Assembly (NCBI RefSeq): GCF_025526975.1
Contig: NW_026515674.1
Coordinates: forward strand, 62,001 to 126,000
DNA length: 64,000 bases
Source of the DNA: Fimicolochytrium jonesii
Lineage: Eukaryota
Direction of reading: 5' to 3'
The position numbers and the translations under genes are program-made. Below are positions 1-9,805 of the stretch, piece after piece. Under the pieces are notes generated by a model. The model searched no databases. It was not told where the DNA came from and saw nothing but the letters and a program-made list of their open reading frames with translations. Each line of letters starts with the position of its first letter. Position 1 is the stretch's first letter.

Positions 1-3000
1 GAAGGAATACGTGCTGGAAGGTCTCTCCCAGAAAGGCGCTGAAAGATTGGCGAACATGAAGTGGGCCCATCACCTGTCCCAGGGCATATCCTTACGTGTC
101 CGAGCCCACGTGTATACTGAGCAGCAAAGAAGGTGAGCAGACACGCGTGCTTATGTATTACGCGTCTCGACTATTGACCTGGAAGACGTCGGAAACTTTG
201 GAAGGCCTGCAGAAAAACGCTTACCGCGTTGCGTTGGATTGCACATGCAGCTGCAAGCGGACTCGTATGCGCCGTCACTCGGGCGGTCGTACTTCAGTCA
301 TATGGGCCGGCCCGGCGATAATCCGTCCGGACCTTCCGGACTGCACAATTGTCCAACCCGACGCGTCAAGAACGCGTTCAAGTCGATCGGAAGGACTTTC
401 AGAAGTCGAACTTGCGATATCATCGGGTGCTACGCATCAACTCATGAGACAGCTGCTTCTGAATGTGGAGCACCATTGCCTCCCAATGATATCGCTCCTG
501 CTCGTATCCCCGGACTCGCCATCTGCCTCGCCTTCTGATTTTTGGCCGAATCGCATTCTGAATGTCTAGCGAGGTGATGATCGCCAGTACCTACGCAGAG
601 GAGAACGGAGAAAACGGACAGTCGACACAAGTCCTGTATGCCATCTCACGTGAACATACCTGCACGACTCTGTGTGCCTCAAACCGACACCCAATTCCTT
701 GCGCCCTGACTTCTGAGAATCGACTCATCCTTAAGCGCCATTGTGACCATTTACCAACATCCTCCAACAAGAGCGAGAAGGGAGCAAGCCCGTCGCGAGG
801 CCTCACTGCTGGCCCAGCTCGGCGTTAAATGGCACGATGACCAGTTACCTCTGCGAGCAGGCGGTCAATGATAATCACGCGTCGGCGAAAAAACATGATT
901 TGCTTACCTATCGACGCGTTTTACATAATGTACTGTATATATACAGTATACTAGTACGACAGGAGAAGATAAGTCTTTTCACACGGCATGCGCACCGAGT
1001 ACCATCATCCCCTTGCAGCACGAGCAAGCAACCGGGTCTTGAGAACGCTATGCTAAGTGCGCAATTTGAAATCAACCGAGTTTGAATGCGTGCAGACAAA
1101 GGCTGTCGGCTGTAGCTGCCCGTGCAACGATTCAATCCATCAGTTGCACTCCAAGTCCACTTCCAACATCAAAGAAACGTCGTTTCCCGAGGTGCCGTTT
1201 TTCGTCGTCGTGACGCGTGCATCCCAGCTGAGTCTCGGTCGGTCTCTTCACAAAAAGCATTACCCTCGCGCCCAAATTTCGCCGAAATGCCCACAATGTG
1301 TCCGAGATGTTAATGTCATCACTTACTCCAAATTTTCCGATTCCTAAGACCTTGCCTTGCCTACCTACCTGTCACCCCGAGGACTTACACCCAAAGTGTG
1401 AAGGACACCACAAACCCGTTCGCGTGTTCCTCGAAACGGGGCCTGGATGAAAAAGTTTTGCTGTGCGGAGAGAACCAAGGGTGGAGTAGGAGCGTCGTTT
1501 ATATCGAGTTAATTGGACGCCGGTGCAAGCGTGCGCGCGTTGGGGAAAACCGCTTACGTTATGACGCGTTTTTAAGGGCACGACGTGGCACCACCAACCA
1601 AATACGCCGTGCCACTGTGCAAGTAACATCTTTTTGGGACTTGGAGCAATTGCGCGGCTGAAATGTCTGGAAATGAGGTGAGCACGCAAAGTTGAAGTGC
1701 ATGGCGCAGTTACCTGCGATGCTGTATGCATATTTTTAGGCTCCGACCTGCGACGCTCAGTATCCATATACTGTACCTACCCAGACGACAGCTTCAAAGA
1801 GGAGCTTGCTCGGTCATCTGTCCAGGCGGTCTGTGCATCATCAGAAGCTGAACATCCCGGCATCACACACTCTAATGACTCACGCGCGATTGTCGCTGCT
1901 CTCCGACTCCGCTTCAATGACTCCGAGATGTTGACCGTTGCAACCTTTGCATCAACACGGCTCGGCCGCAAGGAAGAAGCGAAAGGCCAAGCCCACCGTT
2001 TTACAACTTCTGCGGTGTGTTTGGCGGAACACGCGTTTTCGAACTGATTGCTTACGTATTACGCGTTTTTGTCATGTTGGCGAGGAAAGAACCCAGCTCG
2101 GCCTCCCAAGTGAGGCACAACATATCGCATCGTCAAGAACAGATTTCGAAATGTTTCAGATCGTTCTGCCTACGCTTCTGCACCATCGACAGCGTGATCC
2201 AGCGTGAATACCGACTCTCCAGCGCGGAACTTCCGTACACCACTGCAAATATCCCATTCACATGCTTTCCTGCATGTGAGCTGGAAAACAACGGCTCCGA
2301 CAAGGAAGCGTGGCAGGCGACTTCTGATGGGGCGACCTAGCCTCCCGGGACAGGGACCGCTTTACACTGTGCAATCACCCCACTGGCAAAAGCCGCTATC
2401 TCTGTGAGATCAAACAGGAGCAGCGCTTTGCCTTTTGAAAACACCCAGTGCACCTCTTTCGCCCAGGATGACAGATTGATTCTTCCTTCTCTTACATTTT
2501 GCGGAGAGAACGCCATCGGAGAGTGCGGATAAATAGATAGCATTGAGATGGGAGCACCCTTTCGATCCATTTGGGTCGTTAAATGCGGAAGGTAGCTGGA
2601 AATCAGAACCTGGCCCGAGTCGGGCCAAAATCATGCACGCCCTTTACAGCGACCAAGTTTTCTTCCTGCTGCACATTTGCGAAGTTGTTGAATGTGGAAA
2701 AAGGTATATTGCAGAGCGTCGACATCGCAGATGCCCGCAGAGGCGGCGGGGCGGCGGCGGCGGGGGCCCTGGGTCGGAGGATGGGGAGGGCACACAATCT
2801 GAAGGGTGATACGGAGACTCCCGGCTTTGGTGAAGAACAAAAGTGCCGTACACGCGCGTACTTGGGATCGCATGACACACCTGCACAACGATGTCGTGGC
2901 CGCACAAGAGAAGCTAGCGCAGAATGTGGTGAGGTCGAAAAATGGGTCCATGTGAAGTCACCAACTTTCACTGCGGCTACATAATACGACAAAACAACAC

Positions 3001-4943
3001 GCAATGATTTCAGACCTCTATCGCGCATTTGCGGCGCCGCTCCCCAGGAGCGTCACCGCACCTATGTTTCAATATCCAGTTCGGTGAGATGATGAAACTC
3101 ACCTACCCACCTACCTCCTAACTCTCCGAAACGCAAGCGGACGATGCCATGCCACGATATGGAACTACTAGGAGCCGTTCCTGAAGCGCTGTTGAGATCG
3201 AGAATCGGGTGAGCCCAGCCACGACCCCTGTGAATACATTCATGCCCCGAAACAACCAAATAAACAGTGTAAGCAGCATCGATATGGGTCCATGCATGCG
3301 GTCTAACGCAAGTGGTAAGGCCCGAAGACCCCCCTTCCATATCCACTGGACGCTAGAGGAGGGGAGGCCCGGCTATTTGTCTGCTGACCAGGGCTCACTC
3401 GCGCTATACATAGGAACTCTCGCCTCCTAGCAGAGGTCTGTTCCACGTCCTATGCGCTGGCTGGGCATGGCTGCAGACGTCAGGACATGTGAGGAGTGGG
3501 TGGACTGCGCACGTGCCATCTTGACCTTTCGGTCTTTACAGTAACTTGGCACCCTAATTGGGCCGAGATGTTTACTTATATTGGCCGGTTAACGACGGAT
3601 ATTACCACGCTGTGACCTGTTTGCAGGAAACTCCTCATGTTGCTTTTGCGGGTCAGTCACGGCGAACGCGTCCCCGATCCAAGCGGAGTTTGTGGGCATG
3701 CGCGTCGTACGTAAGCGCGCTCACCTTTTTTCTGGAGCACCGGAGCGACCAGCCCACTCCCACGTTCTCCACTGATATAAAAGACTGTACATTGCGGGTA
3801 AGGAGGTAAGGGAATTGTTTCGGAATGAGAAGGCTTGGCAGGCTTGGCAGGGAATGGCTTCGGAATGAGTGCGCAATGGCCTCGTCATTTGGACCTGAAT
3901 TCGGATTTGTCGACATGACGAGGGCAATCGCCGTAAGCGCAGAGAATTTTTCAAAAGGTAAGTGCACAGGCCGTTTTCCAACAACGGATTTCCTGATGTG
4001 TGAGGTAGTGTAAGTGTTCATCGACCGAGCCACGTGGGCCGCCCGGGGGTCGGGCCAGGGCCTGCGGGCACTGGTCAGGCGAAGGAAAGGCCCAGGATAC
4101 GATGTCCGGACGGGTTGACAGGACAGCACGCAGAACATCAGGCGCAAGCAGACCATGCTCGCTGGTCTGATGAACCATCCAAACCTTCAAGCCGTGTGTG
4201 CAGTGTGCATGAGGTTCCTTCTAAACTCGAACGGGGCGTGTATCGAGTTTCCGCACCAAAAACGCGTCGTGACATACTGTATATAGTAGCGAGTACAGTA
4301 CATACTTGCCGATGTCGGTTCCCCCAATACCAGAACCAAAACCGACGATTGACCGACGAGCCGGCGACCGGGCGACGGCCCCCGAATAGACTCCGTTTGA
4401 CAGTTTGTAGCTGTGGCGGGGAGCGGGTTCGCGCCAAATCCCGCCGGTGTCGGCACAACGGCTACCACACATAGTTTCAAGAGAAACGTTGCTGGTACAG
4501 TTATGATTCTTGCTGGTTTTACGAATCCTACATCTGTAGATACATCATACCTAGGGAAAAGTTATCGGTAATGGCGCCCCGTAGTAGCTTCAACAGGGCC
4601 CAAACATAACGTTGGAGCTGAGGGCCCTTTGAACAAAAGTCCCTGTCGTAAAGTTTCATTCATCCCTTTCATCCGCGTGTACGATCTGCAGCAAACAAAC
4701 AAGCAGGAGTATCCAACCGAGGCATTCGCCTCACCCGCCTGGATCCAGAAGAAACGAGACTGTTTATGTTCTGATCCATCCTGACTACGTCCTTAATCAT
4801 GAACTCTCATCAGCCTAAAGAGCCGGCCACCGAGCCGGCGGTCATCAGAGGCGTACAGTGCGAATAAATAGCGCGGCAAACCCGACTGAACCCCCCTCAT
4901 CAAGCGTGCACGGCGTTCCTTCCTACATCCCCCAATCACTTCC

Positions 4944-6708
4944 ATGCACATCACATCCCTCCTCCTCGCGGGATACCTCGGCGCGCAGGCTGTCTTCGCA
5001 GCAGCCACCGCCCCGGCCGCGCCTTACGTCAAGATCGGCACCACCAAATTCAACGGTGTGGCCACCACGACAAAGTCTGACGCGGGCCTGCCTGTTACTC
5101 AGTACCTCGGCATCAAGTTCGCTGCGAAGCCTACCCGCTTCTCGCCTGCCACTGCGCTCGCGCTGCCGACTGGGGATGTGGATGCGTCCAAGTTTGGAGC
5201 AATCTGTTATCAATCGTTTGGGGGACCTGGCGGGTGAGTCCTGTGTGGGACACATGTACAGCTGATGATGTTTTGAGAGTCTGCGTTCTGACTTCTTATT
5301 CCGCCATCAGAGCCTTCACCAAAGCCAATTTCGCGACTGGTACCCCCGCCGAGAGCGAGGACTGCCTCAACCTGAACATCTGGACTCCGCAAGGTACTGG
5401 CGCCGCGCCTAAAGGAAACCTTCCCGTCCTGTTCTGGATCTACGGAGGGTCCTTTGCTTTCGGCGGATCGGGTCAGCCCCTCCATAACAGCACCGTGATC
5501 GCCAAACACGACGTTGTCGTCGTCACCGCCAACTACCGCACCAACGTCTTCGGCTTCCCCGGCGCCTCCCAGCTTCCCTTGAAAGAGCAAAACCTCGGTC
5601 TCCTCGACCAGCGTATTGCGCTCCAATGGGTCAAGAAGAACATCTTAGCTTTCGGCGGTGACCCGGCCAAAATCACCATCTTCGGACAGAGTGCCGGAGC
5701 CGTTTCCGTCGAATCGCTTGTCCTTGAAGGTCCCGTCGCCGACCGCCCCTTCCGCGCCGCAATCACCCAGTCCAACGTCGCGTCCCAGTTTCTCGCCCGT
5801 CCCGTCGGCCCGCTCTTCAACGGGCTCGCCGCCGCGGTCGGATGCGACGCCACCGCTACAGCCGCGCAGCTGACTTGCATGCGGGAAAAACCCGCCGACG
5901 CCCTCATCCAAGCCGAACAGAGCCTCAACCTCCCCTTCAGCATCGTCGTGGATGAATTCACCATCTTCTCCGACCCCGTCGCCCGCCGAACGAGCGGCCT
6001 CGCCGCCAAAGTCCCCATGGTGATCGGCACCATGCAGGATGAAGGGTTCATGTTCACCCTCGGCACCGCCAACTTCACCCAGTTTGTGCAGGCGACGTTT
6101 CCCGGTGCCCCAGTCGAGGTCGTCACTGCGCTCTACCCCATCGGCGCTGGCAAGCCGTATGCGACGGACTCCGATGCCGCGGCTGCTGCGTTCCGTGATG
6201 TCGTTTTCCAGTGCAAAGCCCGCATTGATTCGGCTATCCACGCTGTTAAGAGCAACCCGCGTGTGCACAGGTACCTTTACCAAGGTATGATTCTTCACAC
6301 TACATCATAAAACATCCCCTTCCCCCAGAACGCTTCATCTCACCCGCGCTACTCCCTACAGCCTCCTTCGCAAATCAACAAATCATCCCCGGCCTTCCCA
6401 ACGGCGCATACCACTCCGCCGAACTCCCCCTCGAATTCGGCTTCCCAATCGCCGGCTCCACAGCCACCGAACTCTCGCTCGGCGGCCAGATCCAGCAAGC
6501 CCTTGCGACGTACGCCAAAAACCCCGCCGCCATTCCCGGTGCACCCGTCATTACCGGCAAGGCGGGTAATCAGATCGCTGTGGTGGCTCGGGACGGTACG
6601 CCGTCGCTGCAAAATCAGGATGATTATGATAAAACGTGTCAGGCGATTTGGGATCAGTATTTGTTGAAGGGAAAGAAGTTGACCGATTACGGGGTTTCTA
6701 TTGCTTAG
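4944..6708 (+). CDS. Secreted type-B carboxylesterase/lipase (alpha/beta hydrolase), 3 exons: 4944-5233, 5311-6284, 6362-6708
   Basis: N-terminal signal peptide (MHITSLLLAGYLGAQAVFA), SEDCLNLNIWTP, WIYGGSF oxyanion loop, GQSAG nucleophile elbow, QDEG acid, GAYHSAE catalytic His. GT-AG introns 5234-5310 and 6285-6361 restore the frame; stop TAG at 6706-6708. Confidence 0.93.
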
Positions 6709-7942
6709 GTGGGGGAGCTCCAAATCCATGCTAGAGCGTGACATTCTTGTTATACCGATGGGATATCCTATATAAAACTATATCCAACGCTTCGTGATCT
6801 TTTCGAGTGTGATGTTCTCGTGAAGTTTGCGTATCGAAGACAGTGGAGAAACCGTGCGGGGACCGGGTTGCTGCAGGCTCTTTGCTTACGATGGGAGCTA
6901 CCAAGAGCCTGAATGTCATTTCCAGTGCCCATATCGTCCTCGCCCCGCAAAGAAAGGCTCGACCAGCTCGCAACGCAAGCCACCTTCCCACAGGTGAATA
7001 GCGCAATCTGCCTTCACACTCTGGCATGAAAACGTTTCTGTCTGTTCGCGTCGGAGGTTGAAATCGCGTCGTAACGTAAGCAACGCCCTTCCCTTTTTTC
7101 ACGCGCGACAAGATATCTGCAATTCCAAAGTGGCCACTCTTAACGGCTCTTTGGAAAGGCATCGCCCACCCGTTTCCCTCGCAGAGTCTTTTCTTTGCGA
7201 TGGCCTCTGCTGTTCGTCAACGCAAAAACGGTACGTGCTCATTCTTTTTGTTTTGTTTTTGCGGGAGCCCGGCGGGACGGAACGATGAAGTGGCTCGTAT
7301 GACCATTGCAGCGAAACCAGGGAAGTGCAGTTGGCCGATGAGGAAGTTTGGGAGGTGAAAGTGCGTCATGGTCATTTTTTCCAAAGGTCAAGGAAGGTGA
7401 GCGCATTTGCCGTGGATGAGAATCTCTGGTCAGTGAAACAGCTCTCATATGGTTTCGTCAATCTGGACGGTGAGTAAGCATATATATGCCTGGGTCGGGC
7501 AAGGATGAGGCCCAAGATGATGTCCTCCCGGAGCACGCAGGCCCATTGATGAGGTTACAGCGAACCTGGAATCTTGGTTGGCTCCTCCCGCCGAAGAATC
7601 GGTCCTGACGCGAGAGTTGTTTAATAGAAAAAAGAGCAACGCGTATCAAGCAAGCGTAGGCAGCAAGATCAGGCGAGCGGAGTTGGGAACAACGCGTCGC
7701 TACGAAGCTGCCATAAGCACGCGGCGGTTTAAATCTGGCACATGCTCCCGGAGTAAACCACCTGTTTAAAACGTCCATCCCTTCTCCGCCGTCTTCCATG
7801 TGTCTTCCTGTGAACTCATTGATTTCCCCGGATCTCCGCAGATCTCCGCAGATGTGAACATTGGTCTGGTCAACATTGGTCTCCAGTCGCTGGGCCTTTG
7901 GGACTTCTTCTCGCAACAGAACCGCGTCGAAACGTGGGTAAG

Positions 7943-8085
7943 TGTGAGAGATCCCGTGCCACAACACGTGACCGTAGCTAGTTTATCTCGGACCTACCCC
8001 TTTTCTTCACCGCTGCGGTGAACTCGTTTTCTTGTTGGGGAGTCATAAATACCATTCTTCGCCGTTGCTATCGTTTTCCATTGCA
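7943..8085 (+). repeat. 5' LTR (143 bp)
   Basis: TGTGAGAGATCCCG...TTTTCCATTGCA, identical by eye to 14305-14447. Confidence 0.98.
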
Positions 8086-8098
8086 TGGTAGCACCACC
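8086..8098 (+). promoter_or_regulatory. Primer-binding site, likely for initiator tRNA-Met
   Basis: TGGTAGCACCACC directly abuts the LTR. TGG pairs with tRNA CCA, and TGGTAGC matches the Ty1/Ty3 tRNAiMet PBS start. Confidence 0.7.
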
Positions 8099-8224
8099 AT
8101 TGAGCAAAGAACCTACCCACCGTTGAACAGCAGGTCCCGCAGCCACACGCACCGTCCTCTCCAGCTCTGTTTCGTCGCCAGCCGACCACGCACCACGAAT
8201 TTTCCCACGCTCAGCTCAGCTACC

Positions 8225-9805
8225 ATGGCCAAGTCAGGGAGAATCACCAAAGGCAAAGCCCGCGCTACTTCGGAGAGAGCCAGTTCGGAGGAATCGGAAG
8301 CCTTCGGCGGAAGCAGCAGCCGCGGCCGCTCCACCCGTGCACGCACGATTCGGGAGGAAGAGAGGTCGATGCCCGCTCACGAGCAGGACGACGAGTCAGA
8401 AGGCTATGAGGAACCTCAAGCGGACGAGTGTACAGAGCTGGGTCCGGCAAACCCGACTCCCGAGACTCCGGAGGAAGAGGAAACCAAGGTCGCCCGCAAC
8501 GCCCGTCAAGATGTCCAGGAAGTTCAAGCCGTCCGCGTCACCACGGTCCAAGAGCTTCCCCCTTCCTCCTCGCCGGGCAGCTCTACCAACGACAGTGACG
8601 ACGAGGCCACTGTCACGGCAATCCGCGCGCGCAGGGCCGCCAAAGCTCGGGCCGTCGCCGCCCAAGCCGAGATGCTCGACCAGAACCGCAAGCTCATCGA
8701 ACAAAATGCGCAATTCATGAAACAGAACGCTGAGTTGATCGCCCTGCTCCGCGCCCGTCCAGTGGCGGTGGCTGCCCCAGCGGCCGCTCCCGCGGTGCAG
8801 CCGGCGGCGCCGCGCACCTACTTCCCGAACCCCAACCGCACCTTCCGCATCGATCCTCAAGCCAAGCTCCCGTCACCCGTCTCGCCGGATGTCCTGGCCC
8901 TCCAAGAGACCACTTTGGCGAAAGATCTGCGCAAAAACCTGACCCATTACGACGGCTCCCGTGACATTGCCAAGGTTAACCGTTTCCTCGCGGCCTTGGA
9001 ACGATACTTCCGCGCGGCACCGCCGATGCAGAACCAAGCCAAGATTGAAATGGCGGCCGGACGTCTCGACGCCATGGCCGCCACCTGGTGGGACCAGCTC
9101 GGCTGTCTCGAAGTGTCCACGTGGGATGAGTTCTCTGCGGCCCTCCGCTCGAGGTTCATACCCGCCAGTTGTCAAGACAACGCCCGCAAAGCGCTCGAGA
9201 CCATCAAGCAGTACAACACCCTAGAGGAATACTACAGCCGCTTCCAGGCCATCCGCCTCTCAGTTCAACAGCTGTCGGAAACGGACGCGGCCCGCTATTT
9301 TGCTCGGGGTCTCCGCGCCGAGATCGCACCTTACCTCGCCGCTCAACCGCTCTCACGGGACCTCACCGTCGAAGATTATTACGACATGGCATCCCCCGTT
9401 GAACGCGCCGCCACCAAGGTCGCTGAAGCTGCCAACCTCAAGCGAAATTCGGGCGCCCAAGGACCACGGCCCCAGCCATTTGCGTCCAGCGGGACACCGA
9501 CCACGGCGACCACCTGGTCCAACAAGCGCGCGGCACCGACTACCGTCCATCACATCAACACCCCGACCGGCGTGCCAGAGTACAAGAAACCCCGCCTCAT
9601 GGTCCCGCGCTTGACCCCCGAAGAACGCGAGCGCTGCATGCATAACGGCCTGTGTCTCCGTTGTCGCCAGCCGGGGCACATGGCGGCCCAATGCCCGGAA
9701 TTCAACCCCCCGGCGACTGTCCACCAAATCGATGCAACCACCAATATGCCCATCCCCGAGCCCAGCAGCCTCCACCCAGACCGGGAGCACCAGGTGGATT
9801 TTTGA
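8225..9805 (+). CDS. gag: Retrotransposon Gag
   Basis: ATG in ACCATGG context at 8225; capsid-like AATWW...TWDEFSAALRSRF; CCHC knuckle CLRCRQPGHMAAQC; stop TGA 9803-9805. Confidence 0.92.
   Translation: MAKSGRITKGKARATSERASSEESEAFGGSSSRGRSTRARTIREEERSMPAHEQDDESEGYEEPQADECTELGPANPTPETPEEEETKVARNARQDVQEVQAVRVTTVQELPPSSSPGSSTNDSDDEATVTAIRARRAAKARAVAAQAEMLDQNRKLIEQNAQFMKQNAELIALLRARPVAVAAPAAAPAVQPAAPRTYFPNPNRTFRIDPQAKLPSPVSPDVLALQETTLAKDLRKNLTHYDGSRDIAKVNRFLAALERYFRAAPPMQNQAKIEMAAGRLDAMAATWWDQLGCLEVSTWDEFSAALRSRFIPASCQDNARKALETIKQYNTLEEYYSRFQAIRLSVQQLSETDAARYFARGLRAEIAPYLAAQPLSRDLTVEDYYDMASPVERAATKVAEAANLKRNSGAQGPRPQPFASSGTPTTATTWSNKRAAPTTVHHINTPTGVPEYKKPRLMVPRLTPEERERCMHNGLCLRCRQPGHMAAQCPEFNPPATVHQIDATTNMPIPEPSSLHPDREHQVDF

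Noticed and set aside
96..4480. Numerous short ORFs in the first 4.5 kb
   Set aside because: None has recognisable motifs or a supportable splice model.
4589..4633. Imperfect inverted repeat TTCAACAGGGCCC...GGGCCCTTTGAA
   Set aside because: A single short hairpin built on a palindromic core, with no TSD or second copy seen.
5262..5291. TGATGA...CTGA in esterase intron 1 as a C/D snoRNA
   Set aside because: The span is only about 30 nt, and CTGAC is the branch point.
7831..7882. Micro-duplications GATCTCCGCA x2 and AACATTGGTCT x2 just upstream of the LTR
   Set aside because: They lie outside the TSD, are too short, and are typical slippage products.
7938..7942. TSD GTAAG resembles a 5' splice site, suggesting insertion into a gene
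   Set aside because: No credible interrupted gene is found on joining the flanks.
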